DNA of 64,000 nt, taken from positions 17,493,256 through 17,557,255 of the forward strand of contig NC_068984.1 of NCBI RefSeq assembly GCF_001194135.2, read 5' to 3'. The notes beneath the pieces are model-generated. The model saw only the letters and a program-made list of their open reading frames with translations. It was not told where the DNA came from and made no database searches. Position numbers and translations under genes: made by a program. Positions 12,811-25,554 of this stretch are shown here, one piece after another. The DNA comes from Octopus bimaculoides (Eukaryota). Each line of letters begins with the position of its first letter. Position 1 is the first letter of the stretch.

Positions 12811-14504
12811 TATAAATAATAAAAAAGTAAAATGGTTGTGAAGTCAGTGTATTACAAGATGGAGAAAAATAGTGATGTTAATATTTTGGGCAATATGTCC
12901 TTTGTCAAGATTGGTTGAAAAAGAAAATTTCTTGGGAAAAGGCATAGTAGATAATGTTGAAATTGAAATAAGCAGAGGATGATGGTTACTGGAAGAGGAG
13001 AGTGACAAGGCAGTTAGTGAACATCAATCATACATAGAAAGAAATAGAATGATTAGCTGAGAGTAAGTCTGTATGCATGCACAAATACATTTATGTATTG
13101 CATGTATGCATTCATATGTATATGTGTGTGTATGTATAAGTGCATGTATGCATGTATATATGTTTGTATTTATGCTTGTATGTGTGTGGTTAGGAGAGAG
13201 TTTGATAATATGTATGCATGACTGGGGGATTAACAGGGTAAGTAACAGCAAAATGAAGTGTGTGTGTGTGTGTGTGTATGTGTGTGTGTAAGAATATGAT
13301 GAAGTGAGTTTGTTCAAGGAAAATGTGGGTTGGATTGGAAGAAATGTAAGTTACAAATGATGGAGTACTCAAGGGATCAGGTGATGGTAAAATAGATGGT
13401 GAGGAGGAAGAGAACGACGCTGATAATCTGGTAGGTGCTGAGGAAAGGGAGCAGAAGAAAATTCAGTAGTTAGCGCATAATACTGGGCTGCTTTGATGGC
13501 TAGTTGAGGATAACGCTGTCAAAGAACAAGTGAATCCTTTAGTGGGATTTAGCTTGGATGTCAGAGTTTTAGCTATAGAGGAAGCAGAGACACATAAATC
13601 ATAAGTAGGAGTAAGTGTGAATGGGGTGATATGAGGAGACATTGAGGAACCGGTGAATCAGCAGATTTAGGAAAGATGTTGGGTAAGAGGATGGAATGGT
13701 TAATTGAAACAGATGAAGACATTAAGAAAAACATTAAAGGTGGTATTTTGTGAATTATAAAAAAAGATGAAAGGTGTTGACAAAGGTAATACGAGAAATA
13801 AGTTGTTTGTGGGTTACTAGCTTAACTCTGAGTAAAGTCTCAATAAAGGGACCATTTTTGTCTGTAATATGGTTTCCCTCAACCTGCCATCTATGCACCC
13901 TTAACCCATGTTTTTTCTGTATCTAGCTTCATTTCATTCCCTTTCACCTTCCATCCTTTCACCAGATTTCTCCACCACACTGTCATGTGTGACTGCCATT
14001 TCCTCAAATCCAGTCATGCCATGTCTCACAACTTTCCGGAACAACCTCTCCTTTTCTTCAGATGCAACTTCAGCCTCTGTTAACTTCTTGTCTATATTTC
14101 TTTCAACCTTTGCCACACCCAGCTTTGACAGTTTACTTGCTTTAGTTCCGTTTTAGCACTCATGTCTTTGGCCATCCCTTTATTACCCAACATGGTGTAA
14201 GCTTCACTTTTTAAATCCTTGACCACTTTATATGCATGTCCAAAAACATAACCTTTTGCTTTAAATGCTGATTGCATGCTTAATACATAAGAAATCTGGT
14301 AAAAGGCTAGCTGATGGAATTAGAGAGCATCTGCTGGATATCCATCAGAATGGCAAAGGATGTGTTCAAACTATTGCTTGACTCTTCAGTTCTGTGGGTC
14401 ATTCCTACATCTTGCCATCTTTTCTTCTACAACATCTTCCAAGAACAACAGTTAATTTTCTGATTGGAGACAGCAGCCCGATCAGGTGTTATTCTTATTT
14501 ATCA

Positions 14505-14868
14505 TTCATCTTTTATTTGTTTTAGTCATTAGACTGCGGCCATGCTGGTGCACTGCCTTGAGGAATGAATCGACCCCAGTACATTTTTATAAGGTTGGTA
14601 CTTATTCTATTGGTCTCTTTTGCCAAACTACTAAGTTATGGGGACATTAAAACATTAACACCGGTGGTCAAGCTGTGGTGGTGGAAACACACACACACAC
14701 ACACGCACATACACACACATTCAGTGGGCTTCTCTCAGTTTCCATCTATGAAATCACTCACAAGGCTTTGGTTGGCCCAAGACTGTAGTAGGAGACACTT
14801 GTCCAAGATGCCACAGAACCATGTGGTTGGGAAGCAAGTTTCTTACCACACAGCTACACCTGTGCCTA
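14505..14868 (-). mobile_element. SINE family A copy (diverged)
   Basis: Colinear with other family A copies. Confidence 0.8.
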
Positions 14869-15412
14869 TATTGATTGACTTTTCTCTAATCTATGCCCTA
14901 AATTCAACCTGCTCCCTTCCACTGGCCTTTCACACATACAAAAGTCTTTGTTTCCACCTAAAACTATTTTTTCTAGGGTCATTATCTTCACTTCTGCTCC
15001 CTTTCTTTTTGCTTTCACACAAGCTATGTCCATATCACCGTGCCTTGTACCTACCTATACTACTTCCAGTCCCACTCATACTCACACTTACACTCACTCA
15101 CAAACATGCATGCTACATACCTACATCGATGCACTTCACAACTACATGCCCTACTAATCCCTACCTACACTCGCGCACACACACACCGTCAAAATTCTCT
15201 CCCACCCCATCACACTCTCATACATAGCATATACATACCAATTACTTATTTGTATGTATGTTATCTTATCTCTTTCCATGCATTGATCAATGTTTTCTCC
15301 CCCTGTCATCACACTCTTCTCTGTCAGAAACCACAAATTTCTGTCCAACTCCATTTTGACATTATTTAGCATGCTGCCTTTATCACACACACACATATAC
15401 ATGTACACAGAG

Positions 15413-15449
<37 letters not shown>

Positions 15450-15894
15450 TGCACATACACACACACACATGCATGCACGCACACACATTTGCTTTATGCA
15501 AATAACTTTTTTCTCCTTTTTCTCAACCTACCTATCTTAAGAAAGCACAAATTGTCCAAAACATCAATATTTCTTCGTTTGCTTCACAATATAACACATT
15601 AACTTTGTTACTCGCTTTTTTTTTCTTTTCATTCGCTTGTTTTCCTTCATAATTTCCATTCAATAAATTCATCTGACTACCAGCAGTACATAGAACTGTC
15701 TGTGGTTTGTTGTTATTAAGTCAATAGTTATCACTACTTAGATCATCATATTTGTAAATTGGCGTAAATCATAGAACACTATTATTTTTGACCAACAGTT
15801 TACAACTTTTTACTGTTGCTACCTATTCTGATCAAATCAATATTCCTTTATGGCGGCCTTTTTTTTCTTTTTCAATATTGAGATAGATAACATG

Positions 15895-16262
15895 AAAGCG
15901 TATTCGAAATGAGATTATTGAAGAATGGAATGGAGTGAATGCTGGGATCACAGAATAGCAGAAACACAAGTTCTGCTGGGCTGGATATGTTGTAAGGTTC
16001 ACAGACAACAGGTGGACCTGTGCAGTTGTAGAGTGCTATCCAAGAGATTGGAAAAGGCTGTCTTGAAGGCTTCCATGATGAGGAGAAGATGATTTGGATA
16101 AGTAAATAGTACCAAGATGTAAAAGAATGGATGGCACAATGAAGACAGAATTGGAAGCTCACTGTGACTAGCAATGTATAACAACATCTGATGGCCTGGT
16201 CAATACTGTAATACTGTGAGATAAATGATGAAAAAAGCAACAACAACAACAACAACAATGAT
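15895..16262 (+). mobile_element. RTE-clade LINE 3' end (degraded)
   Basis: IRNEII...KFCWAGYVVRFTDNRWTCAVVECYPRDWKR matches the RTE ORF C-terminus (KFRWAGHVAR..DNRWT..V.EW.PR..KR); (AAC)n tail. Confidence 0.8.
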
Positions 16263-16321
16263 AATAATTCTTTCTACTATAGGCTCAAGACTGGAAATTC
16301 ACTGAGACTAGTTAATTACAG

Positions 16322-16667
16322 AAGGCACATGGCTCAGTGGTTAGAGTGTTGGGCTCACAATCTTGAGGTAGTGAGTTCAATTCCTGGACCAGGCTGTATG
16401 TTGTATCGTTGAGCAAGACACTTTATTTCATGTTGCTCCAGTTCACTCAGCTGTAGAAATGAGTTGCGATGTCACTGGTGCCAAGCTGTATCGGCCCCTT
16501 TGCCTTTCCCTTGGACAACATTGGTAGTATGGAGAGGGGAGACTGGTATACAAGGGAGACTGCTGGTCTTCCATAAACAACCCTGCCCGAACTTGTACCG
16601 TGAAGGGTCACTTTCTAGCTGTTATCCCATGATCATTCATAACTGAAAGGGTTCTTTACCTTTTACC
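16322..16667 (+). mobile_element. tRNA-derived SINE family D
   Basis: ggcacatggctcagtggttagag...gagttcaattcc head; colinear second copy at 32932-33275. Confidence 0.85.
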
Positions 16668-16971
16668 CTAGTCGATTACATCAACTCCAGAGCTCAACTG
16701 GTGCTTAATTTATTGAGCCTAAAAAGATGGAAGGCATAGTCAACTTCAGCAGAATTTCAGATGGGCAAAGTGCCCTTAAGTATTTTGTCTGGCTGCTAAG
16801 GACTCTTCCAACACACTGCTTTAATATTCTTTTCTACTCTAGGCACAAGGCCTATAAATTTTGACTCGCTGCTTTATCTAAGGTGTGCATCTGTTAAAAT
16901 GTGGAGGCATGTGACTGAGTGGTTTGGGTATTGGACTCATAATTGTAAGACTGTGGTTTCGATTGGTGACA

Positions 16972-17218
16972 CGTAGAAACACTATTTGAGCATGGCCGTT
17001 GCCAGTACCACCTGACTGGCCCTCGTGCCAGTGGCATGTAAAAGCACCCACTACACTCTCTGAGTGGTTGGCGTTAGGAAGAGCATCCAGCTGTAGAAAC
17101 TCTGCCAGATCAGATTGGAGCCTGGTGCAGCCATCTGGCTCACTAGTCCCTTGTCAAACCGTCTAACCCATGCCAGCATGGAAAGTGAACGTTAAACGAT
17201 GATGATGATGATGATGAT
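16972..17218 (+). mobile_element. Family C non-autonomous retroelement with (GAT)n tail (RTE-like end)
   Basis: ggcatgtaaaagcaccca...ttaggaagagcatccagctgtagaaac...catggaaagtgaacgttaaacgatgatgat; about 14 copies (11700-11990 -, 30585-30990 -, 31050-31230 +, 56060-56260 -, 56455-56630 +, 57700-57828 -, others). Confidence 0.8.
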
Positions 17219-17239
17219 TTACATTATTTACATTTACAA

Positions 17240-17285
17240 GACACCTGATGAAGGCTGGAGGGTATATCAGCCGAAATGTTGTGTT
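17240..17285 (+). ncRNA. Minimal type I hammerhead ribozyme (stem III variant)
   Basis: GACAC-CTGATGA-A-GGCTG/gagggtatat/CAGCC-GAA-ATGT-T-GTGTT; same family as 42708-42753. Confidence 0.7.
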
Positions 17286-18850
17286 AACAACAAACTAGGT
17301 GAGGACAAATATTCGTCAAATACAAATAATGTAAATAATGTATGGAAAATAGATGTTAAAAGACTGATGGTGATGACGATGTAGAAACATGTTTCAAGTG
17401 TCCTTCTTTATTTATAACAGTGTAATGTGATTTGATGAAAGTGTTAGCTAATATTTCTAGCATTACAAGGCAGAATCATTAGCTGGCAGAATCATTATTA
17501 CGGCAGATAGAACGCTTAGTAGCATTTCAATCCACTTACAAGCTCTGAGTTCAAATGCTACTGCAGTTGACTTTTGCCTGTCATACTTTCAAAATCGATG
17601 AAATAAGTACAAGTTGAGTACTGAAGGGTCAATAAAATAAGTACCGATTAAGCACTGGGGTCAATGTAATTTGATTTATCCCTTTCCCCAAAACTGCTGG
17701 CCCTGTGCCAAATTTTGCAACCAATATTTCTCGCAATTCAAGCAAACGATACCGAAGCTAATCAATGACATCTCCTCGAGTGCTTGAAGTGTTTTCTGTA
17801 GATGTTCTGATTCTATGTTGAAGCCGTGATTCATGCATTCACCAGGTTTTTAAAGGATTCTTTTCAATTACTTCACGACCTATCATAAAACCAACAGCAC
17901 TCGTATTACCTAAAATTCTTCTATATAACTCTTATTCTATACTGCTTTAAATTTCACTTCCTATACAGAATACACATCCTGTTATCTCCGACTGAATATA
18001 TTTTCTTGCAAAGTATTGTGCTTCGTGTGAACGTGTCCCTTGAGGTTTAACTTCTTGTTATTGGTTTACACTTCAATACCAATGAGACATGAAGGAAGTC
18101 CTCTAGAATTTGGTATGAAAGCAAAATAATCAGCACAACTCACTGTTAAGCTTTCTGTTTTCATCTTGTATACCTCTTTTCTTTGAAGTTATTTTCTTAT
18201 TCTTGATATTAATGTTCCTATCAGTTTCATCCCTGTGCTATAGAAGAAATAAGTGTCTACATTCTGAGCAAAATTAAAAGTATCAATAGAGATCTTTATA
18301 TATNNNNNNNNNNNNNNNNNNNNNNNNNNNNNNNNNNNNNNNNNNNNNNNNNNNNNNNNNNNNNNNNNNNNNNNNNNNNNNNNNNNNNNNNNNNNNNNNN
18401 NNNNNNNNNNNNNNNNNNNNNNNNNNNNNNNNNNNNNNNNTATATATATGTGTGTGTGTGTGTTAATACACATATTTACATGCACACACACACACACATA
18501 CATACTGACACATGCATATGCATACAGATACGTTCACACACTCACACACACACAAGCGCATTTACATAAACACATAAAATATATTTAGAAAGGAAAAAAA
18601 AGAAAGAGAAGAGACAGGATGTGAGTTTGTCACACACTCACACACGTATAAATATCTGCACAAATGTACATATGGACAGATACACACATGCATATACAGA
18701 CGCACACACACACAAACACTTGCATGTAGACACATATATGCGTAAGGTAGATACATATATGCACACACACACACGAGGAAATTTAAATATTGAGAATAAC
18801 TGTAGACATTCATATCTTTTGGATTATAAAAAGACTACAAAGAATATTGT

Positions 18851-19170
18851 GGAGGTGCAATGGCCCAGTGGTTAGGGTAGCAGACTCACGGTCGGAGGAT
18901 CACAGTTTCGATTCCCAGACTGGGCGTTGTGTGCGTTTATTGAGCGAAAACACCTAAAGCTCCACGAGGCTCTGGCAGGGGATGGTGGCGACCCCTGTTG
19001 TACTCTTTCGCCCCAACTTTCTCTCACTCTTTCTCCCTGTTTCTTGAGTAACACTGCAATGAACTGGTGTCCCGTCCAGCTGGGAGGAACACATACACCA
19101 TAGAAACCAGGAAACTGGGCCCATGAGCCTGGTTAGGCTTTGAAAGGGCACATAAATAATAATAACAAGG
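18851..19170 (+). mobile_element. tRNA-derived SINE family E (5' part; 3' parts at about 39058-39170 and 1-12)
   Basis: ggaggtgcaatggcccagtggttagg...gtttcgattcc A/B boxes; ends in (AAT)n. Confidence 0.75.
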
Positions 19171-20775
19171 AATATTAAATTGGTATACAACACAATATGT
19201 TTTCCTGAGGAATTTTCGATGGTCCAAATACATACATCTGAAACATTCACACTCTTCTGAATTGTCTTGATGCTTCAACCAAAATATGGTAATTACCGTA
19301 TTTTAATTTCTTAAACTTAGGAGCAAAATCTTTCTTGTGTGGATGGTGAATTTAGTTCTTAGTGGGTAAAACAAAAAAAAAAATTGCTATTCGAACTTAA
19401 CTTCGATTTGCTTTGTATAGAAAGGTGTGTGTTTGTGTGTGTGTGCATGTGTGTGTGTGTATGTGAGTGTGTGTGTGCACATGTGAGTGTGTGTGTGCAT
19501 GTGTGTATGTGTGTGTGTGCGTGTGCATGTGTGTGTATGTGTGTGTATGTGTGTGTGAGTGTGTGTGCGTGAGCATGTATGTGTGCAAGTGTGTAGTTTT
19601 TTTTAAAACCTGGTACTTTATTGGTCTATTTTGCTAAACTGCTAAGTTATGGGGACATAAAGACACCAACACTGGTTGTCAAGTGGTGGGGGACAAATGC
19701 AGACACAATAACACACACACACACACGCATGATGGGCTTCTTTCAGTTTCCATCTACCAAATTCACTCACAAAGCTTTGGTCAACCTGAGGCTATAGTAG
19801 AAGACACCTGCCCAAGGTACCATGCGGTGGAACTGAACCTAGACCCATGTGGTGAAAAGCATATATGTATGTGTTTGTGTGAAATGTGTAATTCGCAGTT
19901 ATTCTTTTATTGTTTTACTCGCTTCAGTCATTGGACTGTGACCACACTGGAGCAACCCTTTCAAGGGATTAAGTTCATTATGTCAAAAACAACATCATCC
20001 ATCTAACCTTTTTCTGTTACAACAGCCTTTGAATAACAACCCTGTTTATATATGCGAGAGAACGTCTGCACATGATGCATGCATGACTTTGAGTGTGTAA
20101 GCGTGTGAGTGTGCATATCTTTTATGTATGAACATGTGAGCGCATATATTTATTATGTATGAGGGGTAAATTATGTGTGTGATCGAGCCTCTGTAGCATA
20201 TCACTTCTTATGTGGTCAAGTCAGATTATCAAATTAATGATACACACAAAACTAACTGAAGGCAGCAAGCTAAGTTGAAAAGGATGTCTTCTTTCATCAT
20301 CTTAACCAAAGATATATCATTATTTTTATGCCAGTTCCTATCCTTCAAATTATGTCTTTCTGCTGACTCTTCTTACCTGATCCTACAATGCTTTCTGCTT
20401 CTTTCATCTTAGTTGTGTTACACTTCTCTCAGTCAAATATTTCTAGTTCAATACTTCATGTTTCCCCCCTCCCCCTCCCCCCCTCACATTCACACCATGT
20501 CTCAATCCCAAGACATCTGTATCAGCAATTTTGCCTTTTTACTTCCTCATTATAGCTGTATCATGCTGAGTCTGTGTGGAAACCTCTCTGTGGTCATTTA
20601 ACAAGGTAGAAATAACAGCTAAAATTAACTGAAATAATAACATACCGTCTTAATAATGAAAGGATGCAATAGATAATGTCGTTCTAAAACGCCCCTAAAA
20701 AGACAGGATGGCTACCTCTTGGATGTTTGACTAAATAACAAACAACGATGCCACTACATCATATGCCCACTTAAA

Positions 20776-20895
20776 CCACGGGCATATGGCATAGTGGTTA
20801 AGAGTGCAGGCTACTAACCCCAAGATTCCAAGTTCGATTTCATGTAGTGACCATAATAATAAAAATAATAATGATAACAAGTGTAAAATATCCTT
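20776..20895 (+). mobile_element. Isolated tRNA-derived SINE head followed by (AAT)n
   Basis: A box TGGCATAGTGG 20787-20797, B-box-like GTTCGATT 20832-20839; no complete cloverleaf. Confidence 0.65.
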
Positions 20896-22031
20896 TCTTT
20901 TTTTCTGCCGATTTTCCAATTTTTTTATTTTCCAATTCAAAATTATCTTAGAACAAATCCAAATGCTGTTTATATTATGACGTAAATAATTTGCAAGATG
21001 ATAATTTAGATATAACAAGAAACAGTTCAACAGGAAACATTTATAGAACAAAATCATAAAAACACATAACTGAAGGTCAAAAATAGAGTGTTTATCAAAA
21101 TAGTTTAGCTGTTGCTATTTAAGGGATACTGACTTATCAATTTGTAGGGTTTCTTGTTCTTTGCAACTGCTTGTGACTGCCCAGTCACATAACCTGCTTT
21201 CTCTCTTCCTCTCGCTCTTTTTCTCTCTCCCCCACATACATACATACACACACATGACTGTGTGGTTGAGAAATTTGCTTCTTAACCATGTTGATTTGTG
21301 GTCAGTCACTCTGCTTGGCTCTTTGGACTTCTACTGTAGCCCTAGGCCAACCGAAGACTTGTGAGTGGAATTCCTGTGTTATAGAAAGACTTGTGAGTAG
21401 AGATGTATGTATACATAAAAACACGTGTGTATGTGCCTGTATGTAATATTATTGAGGTGTGAAAAGGACTTTATTCAAACCCCTTCTGATATGTAAGAGC
21501 TTAACAGCCCTGGTAGATTGAATACTTCTCCTGAGGTCCCCTTCACTACAGGTTTGATTCTGTTGATCCATGTCATCCCATCAGTACAACTACTTAAATC
21601 AAGAGATTCACCAGTTCCATAATGGACACGATAACTTTCACATTTTGCTTCAAGTGGTTCAAACTTTGGTCAAATTTGGCCAACAAGAACCAAAGTTCAT
21701 TACTTGTAATGATAACAGCGTTGTTTCTAGTATGCAACACAAAGTTTACAATTCTGGTGTTGAACTCTTGTTTTATTTACTCCACAGCTTCTTCTTTATC
21801 AAATAAAATATGACCAAAGAAACCTGAAAATGATGCCTCATCAATGCAGAAGGACTCTAGCCTGGGTTAACGGGCTACAGAGTCTTTCTACTACAACCCA
21901 AGGAATAGTACAATAATTGAACAATAGTTAGGGTATAAATGACTCAAATCTTTCTCTCTGTGGAAAGAATGCTTTTAATTCTATTTTAATTGTTTGAGTC
22001 ATTTATTTGGAAATTCCGTTTTAAGTAATTA

Positions 22032-22405
22032 GGTATACCAGCGTCGCCTTACTGGCACTTGTGCCAGTGGCACATTAGAAAACATTTGAGCGAGGTCATT
22101 GCCAGTGCCACTGGACTGGCTCCTGTGCAGGTGGCATGTAAAAAACACCATTTTGAGTGTGGCCATTGCCAGTACCGCCTGACTGGCCCTCGTGCCGGTG
22201 GCACGTAAAAGCACCCACTAAACTCTCGGAGTGGTTGGCGTTAGGAAGGGTATCCAGTTGTAGAAACTCTGCCATATCAGATTGGAGCCTGGTGCAGCCA
22301 TCTAGTTCACCAGTTCTCAGTCAAATAGTCCAACTCATGCTAGCATGGAAAGCGGACGTTAAACGATGATGACGATGATGATGATCATGGTCATGATGAT
22401 GATGA
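22032..22405 (+). mobile_element. Family C element, long copy with about 60-bp internal subrepeats
   Basis: Repeated ...ttgccagt(g/a)cc...gactggc...gtggca(c/t)gtaaaa units, then the common body and (GAT)n. Confidence 0.85.
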
Positions 22406-22985
22406 CAGAGGTGTTTTTTAATTAATGTAACTGATCTTCTATAGTCAGAGACCGATATAATTGCCACTAAATTCAGTTTGGTCTCACACAAAAGTCTTTT
22501 GAGTACCATTCAAAAGAAATCATTGTGATAAACAGCAATCTGATACATGTTGCAGGAATATTTAGCAATCAAACCGGCATCACTATATCTGATGTGAAAA
22601 TACAACCCAAGAATACAGTTGCAATTTACTAGAATATTATGAATGTTTTCAAAAAATTTAACCAAATCAACTGAATCTAACAAGAATTTCATCTTTGGTG
22701 CATTCTTTCAGTGTCAGATCACCACTATGCATTCAGTGCAGTTTAGCCTCTACCAACAGACAGTGGACTGGAGACATCAAACTGGACACAGAAGACTACA
22801 GCAGAACAACAACTGACCAGAGCACTGTGACAACACAAAATCAAGGGATGGACAGTGACAACAACATGCAACGGCCATCTAACATTTTGACAGGAACTAT
22901 TCTCACACCAGTCCAAGAACAATAATCTTTGAAGTATCTCAATGTTTTGACGTTCATAATAATGACATGTTTTTGTTTACAGTAA

Positions 22986-23234
22986 TTCTTTTATTTGTTT
23001 CAGTCATTTGATTGTGGCCATGGTGGAGCACTGCCTTTAGTCGAACAAATCGACCCCAGTACTTGTTCTTTGTAAGCATAGTACTTATTCTATTGGTCTA
23101 TTTTGCTGAACCGCTAAGTTACGGGTACGTGAATACACCACCATCGGTTGTCAAGCAATGGTGGGGGGACAAACACAGACACACAGACACAGACACACAC
23201 ACAGACACACACACACACATACACACATACACAC

Positions 23235-23297
<63 letters not shown>

Positions 23298-23460
23298 ATG
23301 GGTTTCTTTCAGTTTCCGTCTACCAAATCCACTCACAAGGCTTTGGTCAGCCCAAGGCTATAGTAGAAGACGCTTGCCCAAGGTGCCATGCAGTGGGACT
23401 GAACTCAGCACCATGTGGCTGGTAAGCAAGCTACTTACTGCACAGCCACTCTTGCACCTA
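22986..23460 (-). mobile_element. SINE family A with (CA)n
   Basis: Colinear with other family A copies. Confidence 0.9.
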
Positions 23461-24135
23461 GTCTAGAAAGAATAAATATTTTTAAATCAAAAATCTCAAA
23501 CAGATTTCAGTATTCTTTATCATAAAATATCATTATAACGAGCAGCATGATCCAGATGTATATGATCCAGAGATCTAACTAATTGGATCATAAATAAAGC
23601 CTGAACTTTTGAGACAATTTTTGTCTCTGCTCATTTAGGACACCTACGTTTAGAGTCCTTGAGATTCAGTGAATAACCAAACCACAATAATCCAAGCTTT
23701 AAGTGACGCTATATAGTAGTAATGCCACACTGAACAGAATCATGAACAGTTAATGATTTAGCTGTCGGGTATTTCAGTAATAAGATGACAATTGCGAAGA
23801 ATGGTTTTCCAGAATTAACCTGTGTTTGATTTGCTTCTTAAAGTTAATCTATTCCCATCAATGACCTTCTTATGAGGTGTCTCAGCATTGAAGTAGTTAC
23901 TCTACTCCAGACGTTCTTTTCTATTCTAGAAGAAATTTTGCTGAGTGCCATCAGCAATCCAATTTGCAAAGAGGTGAATAATTCCCAAAGAATACAGCAA
24001 TAATAACTTCAATAAATATTATATAACAAAGAAATAACAGGGTTTAATATTGTGTATATCAACATAGTACCTTTAACTGTTGCAAGGAGCACCCTGAGTC
24101 AGCTGTAGACTAATCAAAAGTCTTTAGATGTTGAT

Positions 24136-24280
24136 TGTGGTAAGCAGCTTGCTTACCAACCACATGGTTCTGGGTTCAGTCCCACTGCGTGACACTTTGG
24201 GCAAGTGTCTTCTATTATAGCCTCGGGCCAACCAAAGCCTTGTAAGTGCATTTGGTAGACGGAAACTGAAAGAAACCCGT

Positions 24281-24377
<97 letters not shown>

Positions 24378-24589
24378 ATATGTTTGCCCCCCTCACCTCA
24401 ACATCACTTGACAACTGATGTTGGTGTGTTTGTGCCTCCGTAACTTAGCAGTTCGGCAAAAGGGAACAATAGAATAAGTACTTGGCTTACAAAGAATAAG
24501 CCCTAAGGTCGATTTGCTTGATTGAAGGCAGTGCTCCAGCATAGCCGCAGTCAAATAATAACTGAAACAAGTAAAAGAGTAGAAGAGTA
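24136..24589 (+). mobile_element. SINE family A with (TA)n
   Basis: Colinear with other family A copies. Confidence 0.9.
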
Positions 24590-25110
24590 CTATTCAATAC
24601 ATTTTACTGGAACTCTTCTTACAAGAATCTCTAACCACAACGAAGGAGAGTAGTTTGTCTTATTGTGATGAAGTTGTCAGCACCCTATTGCCGCTGGCAG
24701 CTGTGATTTCCACCATCAACCAGAAGCAACCTCATCTCATAATAGCCAGCAGCCAGTAGCAGTCAAACCCAATAGGTGTTGGCAACCACCAACCCTGTGA
24801 ATCAGCCAATAAGAGCGAATCTCACTCATTATCCAATCGCAACAAGCCTTACTTAGAAGCTGTGGAAGTATTGCCACTCAGGAGTAACTATTGAAGCAAT
24901 CACAAATATTCTCTTCTGCTCGAGGCACAAGGCCACCAATTTCAGGGGAGTGGATAAGTTGATTACATCGACCCCCAGTGTTTAATTGGTACTTATTTTA
25001 TTGACCCCTAAAGGGTGAAAGGCAAAGTATACCTTAGCTGAATTTGAACCTAGACAGTAAAAACAAACGAAACACTACTAAGTATTTTGCCTGGTGTGCT
25101 AATAATTCTC

Positions 25111-25321
25111 CTTTCTGCTCTAGGCACAAGGCCTGAAATTTTTGGGGAGGGGGTGCAATCGATTAGATCAACCCCAGTACACAACTGGTACGTAATTTAT
25201 TGATTCCGAAAGGATGAAAGGCAAAGCCGACCTCAGTAGAATTTGAACTCAGAACTTGAAGACAGACGAAATACTGCTAAGCATTTCACCTGGCATGCTA
25301 ATGTTTCTGCCAGCTCGCTGC
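25111..25321 (-). mobile_element. SINE family B
   Basis: Colinear with 9171-9361. Confidence 0.85.
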
Positions 25322-25554
25322 TTTTAACAATAAGAAATATTTTCATACCCCTGTGAAAATACAAGTCATGTGATTCTGAGTGAAGCTGTTAACATGAATA
25401 AATCTAAATTCTATGGAACATGTTTAATACACTTTATTTCATGCATGCACTTATATACACACATCTATGCATGTGCATAAGTTCGTATGTATGTGTGTGT
25501 ATATATATATAAAAACATGCATACATATCTATATATATACATATACACACATAA

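Noticed and set aside
16322-16395. tRNA-like sequences at SINE heads (16.3, 16.9, 18.85, 20.8, 32.9 kb)
   Set aside because: A/B boxes are present but there is no complete cloverleaf, and they continue into repeat bodies; not tRNA genes.
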